IMG/VR virus record: IMGVR_UViG_3300028380_000013
Coordinates: 2,008-66,007 of that record
Origin: a virus
Taxonomy: Duplodnaviria > Caudoviricetes
Length of the DNA stretch: 64,000 nucleotides
Direction: 5' to 3' (one strand)
Shown here: positions 55,728 to 63,052 of the stretch, one piece after another
Layout of the letters: the number at the start of each line of letters is the position of its first letter
Position numbering within the stretch: position 1 is the first letter of the stretch
The notes under the pieces: model-generated
What the model was told of the DNA's origin: nothing
The model's database searches: none
What the model saw: the letters and a program-made list of their open reading frames with translations, nothing else
Translations under genes and position numbers: made by a program

Positions 55728-56012
55728 TTAGTAGGTGACGAAGAGCGAATAGCCGTTCGGTGCGACTTGCATTCCGGCTTCGGTAAGCGCAAGTTCGGCG
55801 TACTCAATCATCTCGCGCTCTTCGCGTGTTGCGTTTGCGGAAGTCGCTGCGGCATCGCTCGTCACGAAGCGCACCCACACCGCGCCATTCGTGCGCTCGC
55901 TTTGCTCGGTGTAGAATCCGGGGGTAAACGCCTTGCGAACGATCGTGCTCTTCGTCATACCCGCTTCGCGCAGCACCTTCGAGACTGCAAGCTGAGAAAT
56001 GCGCTTCGCCAT
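55728..56012 (-). CDS. hypothetical protein downstream of the structured RNA
   Basis: AGGGAG RBS. Confidence 0.6.
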   Translation of the reverse strand: MAKRISQLAVSKVLREAGMTKSTIVRKAFTPGFYTEQSERTNGAVWVRFVTSDAAATSANATREEREMIEYAELALTEAGMQVAPNGYSLFVTY

Positions 56013-56044
56013 GATGTTGCTCCCTGCTGACGACTTCGAATCGA

Positions 56045-56225
56045 GCGAACTTGCGAGAGCAGTACGGGCCGTTTCGCATCACTATCCCTTATCGTATCCG
56101 GCTCTATTTCAGCGCGGCTTCGGAATCAGGTTTTCCGTCTAGCGAGGAAGTGCGCTTTCGCGTCTAATCGCTGCTAGTGCGGGTGCTTGCGTGTTCCTCT
56201 TCGCTACTGCTCTCGCTTCGTTCGC
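56045..56225 (-). ncRNA. candidate structured RNA (standalone ncRNA or long 5' leader)
   Basis: ~230-nt gap under its own promoter; 12-bp perfect closing helix 56205-16/56053-64 plus 6-bp helix 56220-25/56045-50; several internal helices. Confidence 0.6.
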
Positions 56226-56277
56226 TGCGCTCATCTGAGCGCACTCTTACCTTACAGCATGGATTCGAGCTTGTCAA
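56226..56277 (-). promoter_or_regulatory. early promoter plus leader hairpin
   Basis: TTGACA-N17-TAAGGT; UGCGCUC-AGAU-GAGCGCA. Confidence 0.8.
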
Positions 56278-56290
56278 GCGTTTCCGCAAA

Positions 56291-56782
56291 CTAAAATGGC
56301 ACGTCGTCGTCATCGAGCGCGTTTGCAGAAATATGATCGTATGCGCCGCTCGGCAGACGGAACGTGCGAACTTCGATTCCGTCGATCGTCTCGATCTCGT
56401 CGGCATCGGGGTCGCCGTAAGCCGACTCGATCTCGATATTGCAGTTGGCGCAGTTCACGGGAGCGCCTTCGTAGAAAATATCCATCGCGAGCGTGTTCGT
56501 CTTTGACAGTTCGGGGCGTAGTTTCGAGAAGTCAGGATCGGTCGGATCGTAACCGTCGTGCAGCACCCACAGGCGAGCGCAGTCGGCGCAAAGGGTATCG
56601 CCGTTCGCGTCGATGTAGAGAATCGGATAGCCACCGGGGAAAGCGAACGGCGCGAACAGTTCGTGATCGATCGCTTTCATGATCTCGTCTCGCGTCATCG
56701 GGTGAGCAGGGTAGCGACGATTGAACGCGAGATAGTGACGGAAGCGGCGAGCGTAGGCTTTGCGGGAAACTTGCTCAGACAT
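56291..56782 (-). CDS. Cys-motif phage protein
   Basis: FAFPGGYP...LCADC...CANCNIEIESAYG. Confidence 0.65.
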   Translation of the reverse strand: MSEQVSRKAYARRFRHYLAFNRRYPAHPMTRDEIMKAIDHELFAPFAFPGGYPILYIDANGDTLCADCARLWVLHDGYDPTDPDFSKLRPELSKTNTLAMDIFYEGAPVNCANCNIEIESAYGDPDADEIETIDGIEVRTFRLPSGAYDHISANALDDDDVPF

Positions 56783-56838
56783 TCTCGTACCTCTTTCTGT
56801 AAATACCGCGTGGTGCGGCGGCTGGTGACGTGTAGGGG

Positions 56839-57267
56839 CTACTCTGCGCCGCGAAGCTCGAACAGTTTTACTCGCGCTTCGTCGCGCTTCTGGTTCGCGC
56901 GAATGACGTCCACGGTATTGCGAGCGGCATAAGGGAGGCTCGCGTTCGAGACTGCGGTGAGCATCGAGTCGGTAACAGTCGTGGCGAGATAGATGATACG
57001 ACGCTCTTCCTCGCTCTCGATATCCGCGATAGCTGCGCCCGATTCGAGTCCTTCGGAGAAGCAGATCGCGTGTTGCTGCTTCGCTTCTTCGATGTTACGG
57101 ATAGCGCGCTGCATTCGCTCGATCGCGGAATCCGCAAAGTCGATGATGTGTTGTGTTTTGCGCTCGCACTCTAGCTTAGCGATGCGCACGGCTAGCTCCG
57201 CTTCTTCGATCGGGGTAAGATTCGCCATCGCTGAGTGCTTCGGGGTGATGCGGGGCGACTTCGCCAT
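56839..57267 (-). CDS. hypothetical protein
   Basis: CAGGAG RBS. Confidence 0.55.
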   Translation of the reverse strand: MAKSPRITPKHSAMANLTPIEEAELAVRIAKLECERKTQHIIDFADSAIERMQRAIRNIEEAKQQHAICFSEGLESGAAIADIESEEERRIIYLATTVTDSMLTAVSNASLPYAARNTVDVIRANQKRDEARVKLFELRGAE

Positions 57268-57352
57268 GATGGACTCCTGTCTGCTATAGCGGAATGTTCG
57301 CTGCGACTCACGAGGCGTGGATTTGTGAGCCGCAGCGATTACGGAAACTAAG

Positions 57353-57556
57353 TTAGCGAGAGCGCTTACGCGAAGCGCCCAACGTAGTTGCGATCGACTC
57401 TTCGACGCGAGCGATGTAGCGGGCGTAGCGCTCGCGCTCAGCGACGGTGGTAGCGGCGGCGTGCTGCTCGCGCCAGTATGTCAGCATCTCGGAGAGGGAC
57501 ATTGTTGCGAGACGATCGCGAAGCTCGATCAAGCGCTGGCGGTTCGAAGTGGTCAT
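57353..57556 (-). CDS. hypothetical protein
   Basis: TTTACAGAAAGG RBS; start MTTSNRQ. Confidence 0.55.
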   Translation of the reverse strand: MTTSNRQRLIELRDRLATMSLSEMLTYWREQHAAATTVAERERYARYIARVEESIATTLGASRKRSR

Positions 57557-57600
57557 GATGGCGAGCCTTTCTGTAAACGTGTTCAACGGTTCGAGGGGCG

Positions 57601-57645
57601 TTAGCGAACGGGGCAGGCGTTAGCGAACGGGGCAGGCGTTAGCGA
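57601..57645 (+). repeat. 19-bp tandem duplication (2 copies plus partial)
   Basis: ttagcgaacggggcaggcg x2, then ttagcga. Confidence 0.85.
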
Positions 57646-57862
57646 GAACGTGCGCGGCGCAATCGAGACAGTACCGACCGGATTTCGGGGTGTTGCGCAG
57701 CACGCGAGTATAAGCGACGAAGAATTCGCGATTGGATTCGAAGATCGTGCCGCAGCACTCGCACGGGAGGCGCTTGCGAGATTCGCTGATGTACGAGCCG
57801 GGGTAGAGTGCAACGCCGTCAACTGCGAGCGTGTCGGCTGCGGGGTAAGATAGGCGGGTCAT
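57620..57862 (-). CDS. zinc-finger protein
   Basis: CECCG...CLDC; first gene after a promoter. Confidence 0.6.
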   Translation of the reverse strand: MTRLSYPAADTLAVDGVALYPGSYISESRKRLPCECCGTIFESNREFFVAYTRVLRNTPKSGRYCLDCAAHVLANACPVR

Positions 57863-57886
57863 CGTCGTCTCCGTTCGCGAGTCGTT

Positions 57887-57939
57887 GCGCTCTCAGTTGA
57901 GCACGTTCTTAGCTTACTCTATGAAAATTGCCCTGTCAA
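57887..57939 (-). promoter_or_regulatory. early promoter plus leader hairpin
   Basis: TTGACA-N17-TAAGCT; GUGCUC-AACUGA-GAGCGC. Confidence 0.85.
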
Positions 57940-57969
57940 GTGCGAGAGGGGCAACTTTCCGAAAACGTG

Positions 57970-58800
57970 TTAGCGCTGAGCGCTCGCAAGGAAAGTGTTC
58001 GTGTTGTTGTACGCGAGCATTAGCGAGCCGATCATCTTCTTGCGAGAACCGGAGAGGCGCATTCCGTACTCACGGCGTGCGAAGTTCGCTAGCTCGTGAT
58101 TGAGCATGAGCGACAGCTTGCGCCAGAACGCGGTAGCGTCGGTAGCGCACGAGTCGCAGCAATCGCCGGAAACGTAGCCGAAGCGCAGAAACGTCGCCCC
58201 GTCGATCGGGAAGCGCCCGCAAGTGGGGCATACGGGAACGTCGCTCGCGTGCATCTCTTCGCGATCGGGCGTCTCGCGCAGTTCGTTGAGCGCGTCGGCG
58301 TAGCGTTCTGCACGCTGCTCGCGAACTTCGCGCCCGTAATTGACGATCTCGTTGTACGCTGCGCGCTCGGCATCGGCTTCGGCGTTCTGTTGCAAGCGAG
58401 CAGCTTCGATGGCATCGAACAGCGCAGCATCGGCAGCCATCGCGAGCAAGTGAGCGCGCTCGGCATCGCCGTTCGGGTCGCAGTCGGGGCACGTACCATC
58501 GGGAACTGCAAGACCGCACGTTCCGCAAGCGATCGAGCGCTCAGCGTTGCGCGCTTCGTGCTGCGCCGTGATCTGCTCTTCTTCGAACACGGAACCGGCG
58601 GGGCAGTCGCACGAGATGCGACCTTCCGGCTCATCGATGTAACCGCGATTCCCACAATCGGGGCAAGACGTGTCGGCTTCGACGCGCTCGTCGGCTGCGG
58701 CATCGCGAAGCATCTCGGCGCGAATGGCTGCGCCCTCGATGAGCATCTGATCGTACTCGGCGTCGGAGTAGGAGTCGCTGCCGAAGTAGAACGCTGCCAT
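57970..58800 (-). CDS. multi-zinc-ribbon protein with C-terminal Rho_N-like helical domain
   Basis: CPDC..CDC, CGTC..CPDC, CPTC..CCDSC; LSLMLNHELANFARREYGMRLSGSRKKMI. Confidence 0.6.
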   Translation of the reverse strand: MAAFYFGSDSYSDAEYDQMLIEGAAIRAEMLRDAAADERVEADTSCPDCGNRGYIDEPEGRISCDCPAGSVFEEEQITAQHEARNAERSIACGTCGLAVPDGTCPDCDPNGDAERAHLLAMAADAALFDAIEAARLQQNAEADAERAAYNEIVNYGREVREQRAERYADALNELRETPDREEMHASDVPVCPTCGRFPIDGATFLRFGYVSGDCCDSCATDATAFWRKLSLMLNHELANFARREYGMRLSGSRKKMIGSLMLAYNNTNTFLASAQR

Positions 58801-58826
58801 TTTCGTATTCTCCCTGTTCGCTGCCC

Positions 58827-58879
58827 GCGCTCACAATCAAGCGCACTCTTACTCTAAACTAAGTTTGAGCGCGTGTCAA
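58827..58879 (-). promoter_or_regulatory. early promoter plus leader hairpin
   Basis: TTGACA-N17-TAGAGT; GCGCUU-GAUUGU-GAGCGC. Confidence 0.8.
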
Positions 58880-59151
58880 GTGGTTTCCGCAAGAAAGTTT
58901 TCGGAAACGGTATCGTACTCGGGAAAGCGGGGCAAGTCGCGAGCGAGCATGTAACGTGCGATCGAAGCTGCGAGCGAGACGGCGAGACGGCGATAGGTGA
59001 GCGCGATCAGCCAGTCGCTAGCTACGCGAGATGAGTAGACGTAAGCGAGCAGATCGCGATCGAGCGAGTCGCAGCGATCAGCGAAGTTTATGGAATCGCA
59101 GTCTGAGCACGAGAGAAGCTGAGCGTTCGTGGGAAGCTTGGTGCGCGTCAT
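58876..59151 (-). CDS. hypothetical protein
   Basis: GAAAGGA RBS; CSDCDS motif. Confidence 0.5.
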   Translation of the reverse strand: MTRTKLPTNAQLLSCSDCDSINFADRCDSLDRDLLAYVYSSRVASDWLIALTYRRLAVSLAASIARYMLARDLPRFPEYDTVSENFLAETT

Positions 59152-59188
59152 GGTGCGTTCCTTTCCGCGAATGCGTATCGAATGATGA

Positions 59189-59218
59189 GAGCAGCGCTAG
59201 GTCGGTCTAGCGCTGCTC
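59189..59218. terminator. 12-bp perfect intergenic hairpin
   Basis: gagcagcgctag / ctagcgctgctc; no U tract. Confidence 0.5.
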
Positions 59219-59228
59219 GTGACGAAAA

Positions 59229-59429
59229 TCAGTATTCTGCGTTTGCGTAAAACTCGTCTTTGCGATTCTGATACCGCTGATCCATCGCTGCGAGCGTGTC
59301 GCGAACGTTTGCGGAAAGTGATTCAAGCTGCGCGCGATAGCGGCTGTCGGGTGTCGCGGTGATTGCGCGATTCAAGCGCTGCTCCCACTCTTGCAAGCGG
59401 GCGTACTCTGCGGTATCGATGCCGAACAT
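59229..59429 (-). CDS. hypothetical protein
   Basis: AAGGAG RBS. Confidence 0.55.
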   Translation of the reverse strand: MFGIDTAEYARLQEWEQRLNRAITATPDSRYRAQLESLSANVRDTLAAMDQRYQNRKDEFYANAEY

Positions 59430-59450
59430 TGCGATTCTCCTTCGTTGCGG

Positions 59451-59681
59451 TTAGTTTCCGAAAAGCTTCGTCGCTTCGGCGTGCAGCACGGAGAGCGAGA
59501 TCGCGAGACGTTCCACGAGTCGCTGCTGATTGAGCGCTGCGGCGCGAGCGGTGTGATAGCCCGGTTCGGTTTCGTGCAGACGGCGATAGGCGCGAGTCAG
59601 TTCGTCCCGCAAGCCGCTTTCGTAAGAGACACGCGCGGCGAGATGTTCGATCGTGGCGAGATAGGCGTCGTGTAAGCTCAT
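59451..59681 (-). CDS. hypothetical protein
   Basis: CAGGAG RBS. Confidence 0.55.
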   Translation of the reverse strand: MSLHDAYLATIEHLAARVSYESGLRDELTRAYRRLHETEPGYHTARAAALNQQRLVERLAISLSVLHAEATKLFGN

Positions 59682-59758
59682 TGGTGCGCTCCTGGCCGCT
59701 CACTAAGCGACGATTTACGGAAATGTGTCGATACAGTCGTGTGGGTGGTCCGTCTCGT

Positions 59759-59899
59759 CTATTTGTCGTACACCGGAACGTACCACCCTCTAGATTCTGC
59801 TCGTAAACGAGCAAGCTCTTTGCGCATCGCTCGTTCTGTCCGAAAGTAGATAACTCTCTTGGTATCGTGATTGAGAATGCCCCAGCAGTATCGCGTCAT
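59759..59899 (-). CDS. 46-aa basic protein
   Basis: MTRYCWGILNHDTKR...RGWYVPVYDK; GAAAGGA RBS. Confidence 0.5.
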   Translation of the reverse strand: MTRYCWGILNHDTKRVIYFRTERAMRKELARLRAESRGWYVPVYDK

Positions 59900-59976
59900 C
59901 TCTGTGATCCTTTCTTTCGAACTGCGCTCGCTAGCCCCGAAGTTGAGACTAGCGAGCGCAACGTGAGTGGAGCGAG

Positions 59977-60777
59977 CTACAGGCCGAGCTTGCGAGCACA
60001 TTCGGGGCCAACACCGCGCGAGATAGAAGCGGGAACGGTGAGCTTGCGATTGCACTTCCAGCAGTTGCCGGATTCGAGTGCGTAAGCGTAGCCCGCTTCG
60101 GCGTGGTTGTCGCCTTGCAGCAAGTAGGCGAGAGCAGATTGCAGGAGCGCGCTACCGTTGCGGAACTTCTTCCAGATGATCGCCTTGCCCGTGGAAGAGA
60201 CGAACGCGAACCCGACGTAATCACCTTCGTTGCACGGGCCGTTGAGGAACTTCGCAACGCGAGTGCCGCGAAACTTCTCGGCGTCGTCCCAGTGATCGGT
60301 CAGCTTGATCGTGCGGCGCTCGCTACCCATGACGACGGTGTACGTGCCGTTCGGGACTGCGCGAAACTGCTTGTCGGCGCTCACGAACGTCTGCGCTTCT
60401 TCGACAGTGATTGCGGTCGGCGTTGCGGAAATCTGCTCGCGCTTCTCGCGACTGTAGAAAGCATCTTCGGCGCGCTGATCTTGCAGCTTCGCGAACTGCG
60501 CTTCCGCAATCTCGATCGCGATGTTCTGCTCAGCGGCGGGCTTGCGATTCGTAATCAGCGAAGCTGCGTAGTCGGTCGTCGGGGCGGTGCGGATACCGTT
60601 GATGTGCGCGTACACTTTGCGCAGTTCGTCGCGCTGCGCGGTGAGCGTGTCGATCTGCTCGGTCAGCGCCTTGCCCTTGATCGCGATCATCGAGAGGATT
60701 TCGGTCATCGTGTGGCCGCTGTTCATCAGCGAGAAAGCGTGCGCGAGAGCGGTTTCGTAGGTGATGGTGGCGCTCAT
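59977..60777 (-). CDS. DUF6011-domain protein
   Basis: CWKCNRKLTVPASISRGVGPECA. Confidence 0.8.
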   Translation of the reverse strand: MSATITYETALAHAFSLMNSGHTMTEILSMIAIKGKALTEQIDTLTAQRDELRKVYAHINGIRTAPTTDYAASLITNRKPAAEQNIAIEIAEAQFAKLQDQRAEDAFYSREKREQISATPTAITVEEAQTFVSADKQFRAVPNGTYTVVMGSERRTIKLTDHWDDAEKFRGTRVAKFLNGPCNEGDYVGFAFVSSTGKAIIWKKFRNGSALLQSALAYLLQGDNHAEAGYAYALESGNCWKCNRKLTVPASISRGVGPECARKLGL

Positions 60778-60805
60778 CGGATTTTGCTCCTTCGTGTCGT
60801 TCGTC

Positions 60806-60858
60806 GCGCTCTCAATCGAGCACGCTCTAAGATTACTCTAATTCTCGGGACGTGTCAA
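60806..60858 (-). promoter_or_regulatory. early promoter plus leader hairpin
   Basis: TTGACA-N17-TAATCT; GUGCUC-GAUUGA-GAGCGC. Confidence 0.85.
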
Positions 60859-60889
60859 GTGGTTTTCAAAGAGAGGTTTGCGGAAATTA

Positions 60890-60932
60890 GGTGCTGCGCA
60901 CGGAGAGCGTTTCCGCAATCGTGCGCAGCACC
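60890..60932 (-). terminator. 13-bp hairpin with internal loop and GAAA tetraloop
   Basis: ggtgctgcgcacg-att-gcg-GAAA-cgc-tctc-cgtgcgcagcacc, then taattt. Confidence 0.55.
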
Positions 60933-60938
60933 GAAACG

Positions 60939-61187
60939 TTATTCGTGAATGCGCCAGTCCTCGGGGCGTAGTGGCTCGCTGCTGAACGCGACGATCGCTT
61001 GGGGTGTGGGTGTTTCGGAGCAGAAGTAGACGATATCGCCGCGACAAACGTAGATGCGCCCGCCGTGCGTTTGGACGAACGTCTGCGCAGCGGTGGCGGC
61101 GTCTGTCGATGTTTCGAAAGCTTCGGAGAGCAGCGAGGCGAGATCGCGATCCCGATCGAAGTTCGGGGTATCAGTCGATATGCTCAC
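60939..61187 (-). CDS. hypothetical protein
   Basis: AAAGGAG RBS. Confidence 0.5.
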   Translation of the reverse strand: MSISTDTPNFDRDRDLASLLSEAFETSTDAATAAQTFVQTHGGRIYVCRGDIVYFCSETPTPQAIVAFSSEPLRPEDWRIHE

Positions 61188-61407
61188 GTTCGAGACTCCT
61201 TTCCGCGTCGAGGTGAGTGAGGTGCAGGAGAGTGTGAGGGACTTCGATGCGCAGTCCGTTCGGTAGTTCGATGAAAGCGGTGTCGGGGTAGGCGTTGAGC
61301 ACGTCTACGGCGAAGATGCTGCGAAAGGATACGGTGCAGCGCTGACGTCCGAACTCTGCGGGAGCGGTCACGGTGACGATCAGAAAGCGACGATCAGGAT
61401 CGGACAT
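61171..61407 (-). CDS. small SH3-like protein
   Basis: TTTACAGAAAGG RBS; beta-rich. Confidence 0.5.
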   Translation of the reverse strand: MSDPDRRFLIVTVTAPAEFGRQRCTVSFRSIFAVDVLNAYPDTAFIELPNGLRIEVPHTLLHLTHLDAERSLEREHID

Positions 61408-61431
61408 AGCGAGAGTGTTCCTTTCTGTAAA

Positions 61432-61485
61432 TTCGCTTCGCTCGCGGTTTGTCGAAGGGTTACGGGGATACGCGAGCGAAGCGAA
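61432..61485. other. 15-bp perfect inverted repeat
   Basis: ttcgcttcgctcgcg / cgcgagcgaagcgaa abutting TTTACAGAAAGG. Confidence 0.75.
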
Positions 61486-61511
61486 CTGCGAAACTTCTTC
61501 GTGAGCGAGCG

Positions 61512-61955
61512 TTAGTGAGCGAACGGCGTATCGGTGCCCTCGTCTGCGAGGATTTGCTCGATCGCGTAGCCGAGATCGAGCAGCGTGGTTACGAGGATCG
61601 TGGACCACTGGATGTGGCGAGTGTGCGCGCCGTCAAGACCGATCTGGAGCTTCGCCGCACCTTCTTCCGTGTCGAAGCAATAGCGAAAGTAGATATCTTG
61701 CTCGCGCAGATAGAGCGGATCGATCAGCATCGTTTCGGCGGTAGGCGAGTCGCGGAAGATGCCGAGCGCGGCGAGCAGATTGTGAAATTCGCGAATGCGC
61801 TTCTCTTGCTTGTCGCGCTCAATGCGCAGACGTTCGCGATCGGCTGCTGCGCGCTCGTTCGCAACTTCGGAGAGGGCGCGCAAGATGAGTGGAGAAGGTT
61901 CGGCCTGGTAAGAGACGGTGACGCGCAGCGTGATCGGGACGTCGGTCGGTTTCAT
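61512..61955 (-). CDS. hypothetical protein
   Basis: CAGGAG RBS; first gene after a promoter. Confidence 0.55.
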   Translation of the reverse strand: MKPTDVPITLRVTVSYQAEPSPLILRALSEVANERAAADRERLRIERDKQEKRIREFHNLLAALGIFRDSPTAETMLIDPLYLREQDIYFRYCFDTEEGAAKLQIGLDGAHTRHIQWSTILVTTLLDLGYAIEQILADEGTDTPFAH

Positions 61956-61977
61956 CGCTGACTCCTGTTCGCTAACC

Positions 61978-62030
61978 GCGCTCGCAATCAAGCGCACTGT
62001 AAGTGTAAACTAAAGGCGAGAGAGAGTCAA
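61978..62030 (-). promoter_or_regulatory. early promoter plus leader hairpin
   Basis: TTGACT-N17-TACACT; GCGCUU-GAUUGC-GAGCGC. Confidence 0.75.
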
Positions 62031-62303
62031 GAGTATGTGAGCTGTAGCGAACACGTTTACAGAAAGCGCGCCGGTTGTCGATATAGGGCTGAGGGTAGCT
62101 CGGGGCGGGTCGCCAACTGAGGGTGAGCGCTTCGAAGCGCAAGGGCAAGCTAGCGAGCGAGAGCGGGCTAAAGTGCTGCCCTTTGTGCCCCGGCTGAGCG
62201 GTGGGAAGCGGCGGGGGAGCGAGAGTGTTACGAGTCATCTGATACCTCGGGCGAGTTTACGATCGGATTGTGTAAAGTGCTATCCGCAGTTTGCTAAGCA
62301 CGT

Positions 62304-62606
62304 TTATGGAAATGTGTCAGGTATAGAGAGTGCGAGACGCAGATCGGCTGCTGCTCGCTGTGCATCGGCATAGCCTTGACGAGTTAGCGGAAAGTCGCCG
62401 TTGCGATAAGTTTTGTTCCCGCCGCGATACGGTGTCGGATACGTGGTGATCATGACGTGAAATCGCTTCTTGCGCACGGTGATGCCGAGATCGAGACGAT
62501 CGGGTATGTATAGCTGCTCGGAGTCGGGGAGCGTGGGAAGTCGTTCGCCGTCGTCGTATGGTGTGTCCCACAGTTCGAGAATGTTATCGGGGAGATCGCC
62601 GCTCAT
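62304..62606 (-). CDS. AP2-like domain protein
   Basis: KKRFHVMI...GDFPLTRQGYADAQRAAADLR. Confidence 0.5.
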   Translation of the reverse strand: MSGDLPDNILELWDTPYDDGERLPTLPDSEQLYIPDRLDLGITVRKKRFHVMITTYPTPYRGGNKTYRNGDFPLTRQGYADAQRAAADLRLALSIPDTFP

Positions 62607-63052
62607 TTTGTATTGCCTTTCTGTAGCTCTTCGCGAAGTCGCGCGGCGCGTGCTGCTGCGAGCGTCAGGCCGTCCGGTGTGCGAGGGAAGTAGCCGCCGC
62701 TATAGCGAACGTTATTGCGGCGAATCTGAACGTGGTAGCGGTTGTGTACGATATCTTCGTAGACGTTGCGCACGCCGGTCGCTGAGCGGATCGGGGTAGA
62801 CGGTTTGGGGAGATGACGCAACGTAACAGCAGCATTCTTGGGATAGCCGGATTTCGATCGCGGTCGAGGCTTGCGTGGATGCTGATGTGCGAGTGCGAGC
62901 GCTGCTGAGCGCGCGGCGTGCCAACCCTGCTCGCTCAAAGGGAAGTAGCCGCCGAAGTAGCGTTCGCCGTCTTGCACGAGCAGTACGACATAGCGCGAGA
63001 GTTTGCGATCGATGCGCACACCGTGTATACCGGATTGGGGTGTGTAGGGCAC
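62603..63052 (-). CDS. tandem AP2-like domain protein
   Basis: SGIHGVRID...YFGGYF...ARSAA and TGVRNVYED...YSGGYF...AAARAARLR. Confidence 0.65.
   Translation of the reverse strand: MPYTPQSGIHGVRIDRKLSRYVVLLVQDGERYFGGYFPLSEQGWHAARSAALALAHQHPRKPRPRSKSGYPKNAAVTLRHLPKPSTPIRSATGVRNVYEDIVHNRYHVQIRRNNVRYSGGYFPRTPDGLTLAAARAARLREELQKGNTK

Noticed and set aside
56066-56104. GAGCCGGAUACGAU resembling group II intron domain V
   Set aside because: Only the 5' half matches; the 3' strand does not give the DV helix and bulge, and there is no DVI, RT or exon context
56045-56225. Known riboswitch (TPP AACCUGAU, c-di-GMP-I GACGC-AAAGC, SAM-I) or hammerhead
   Set aside because: Only isolated short words match; the other conserved elements and their order are absent
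56759-56769. TTTGCGGGAAA resembling the group I intron P element
   Set aside because: Wrong strand, 500 nt from the candidate RNA, and inside a coding region
52031-62030. Repeated cgcgctctcaatcgagcac units as a CRISPR array
   Set aside because: Spacing is kilobases and irregular, each copy sits beside a promoter, and no cas genes are present
61972-62238. 88-aa Pro-rich ORF
   Set aside because: Runs through a promoter and leader hairpin, lacks a clear RBS, low complexity
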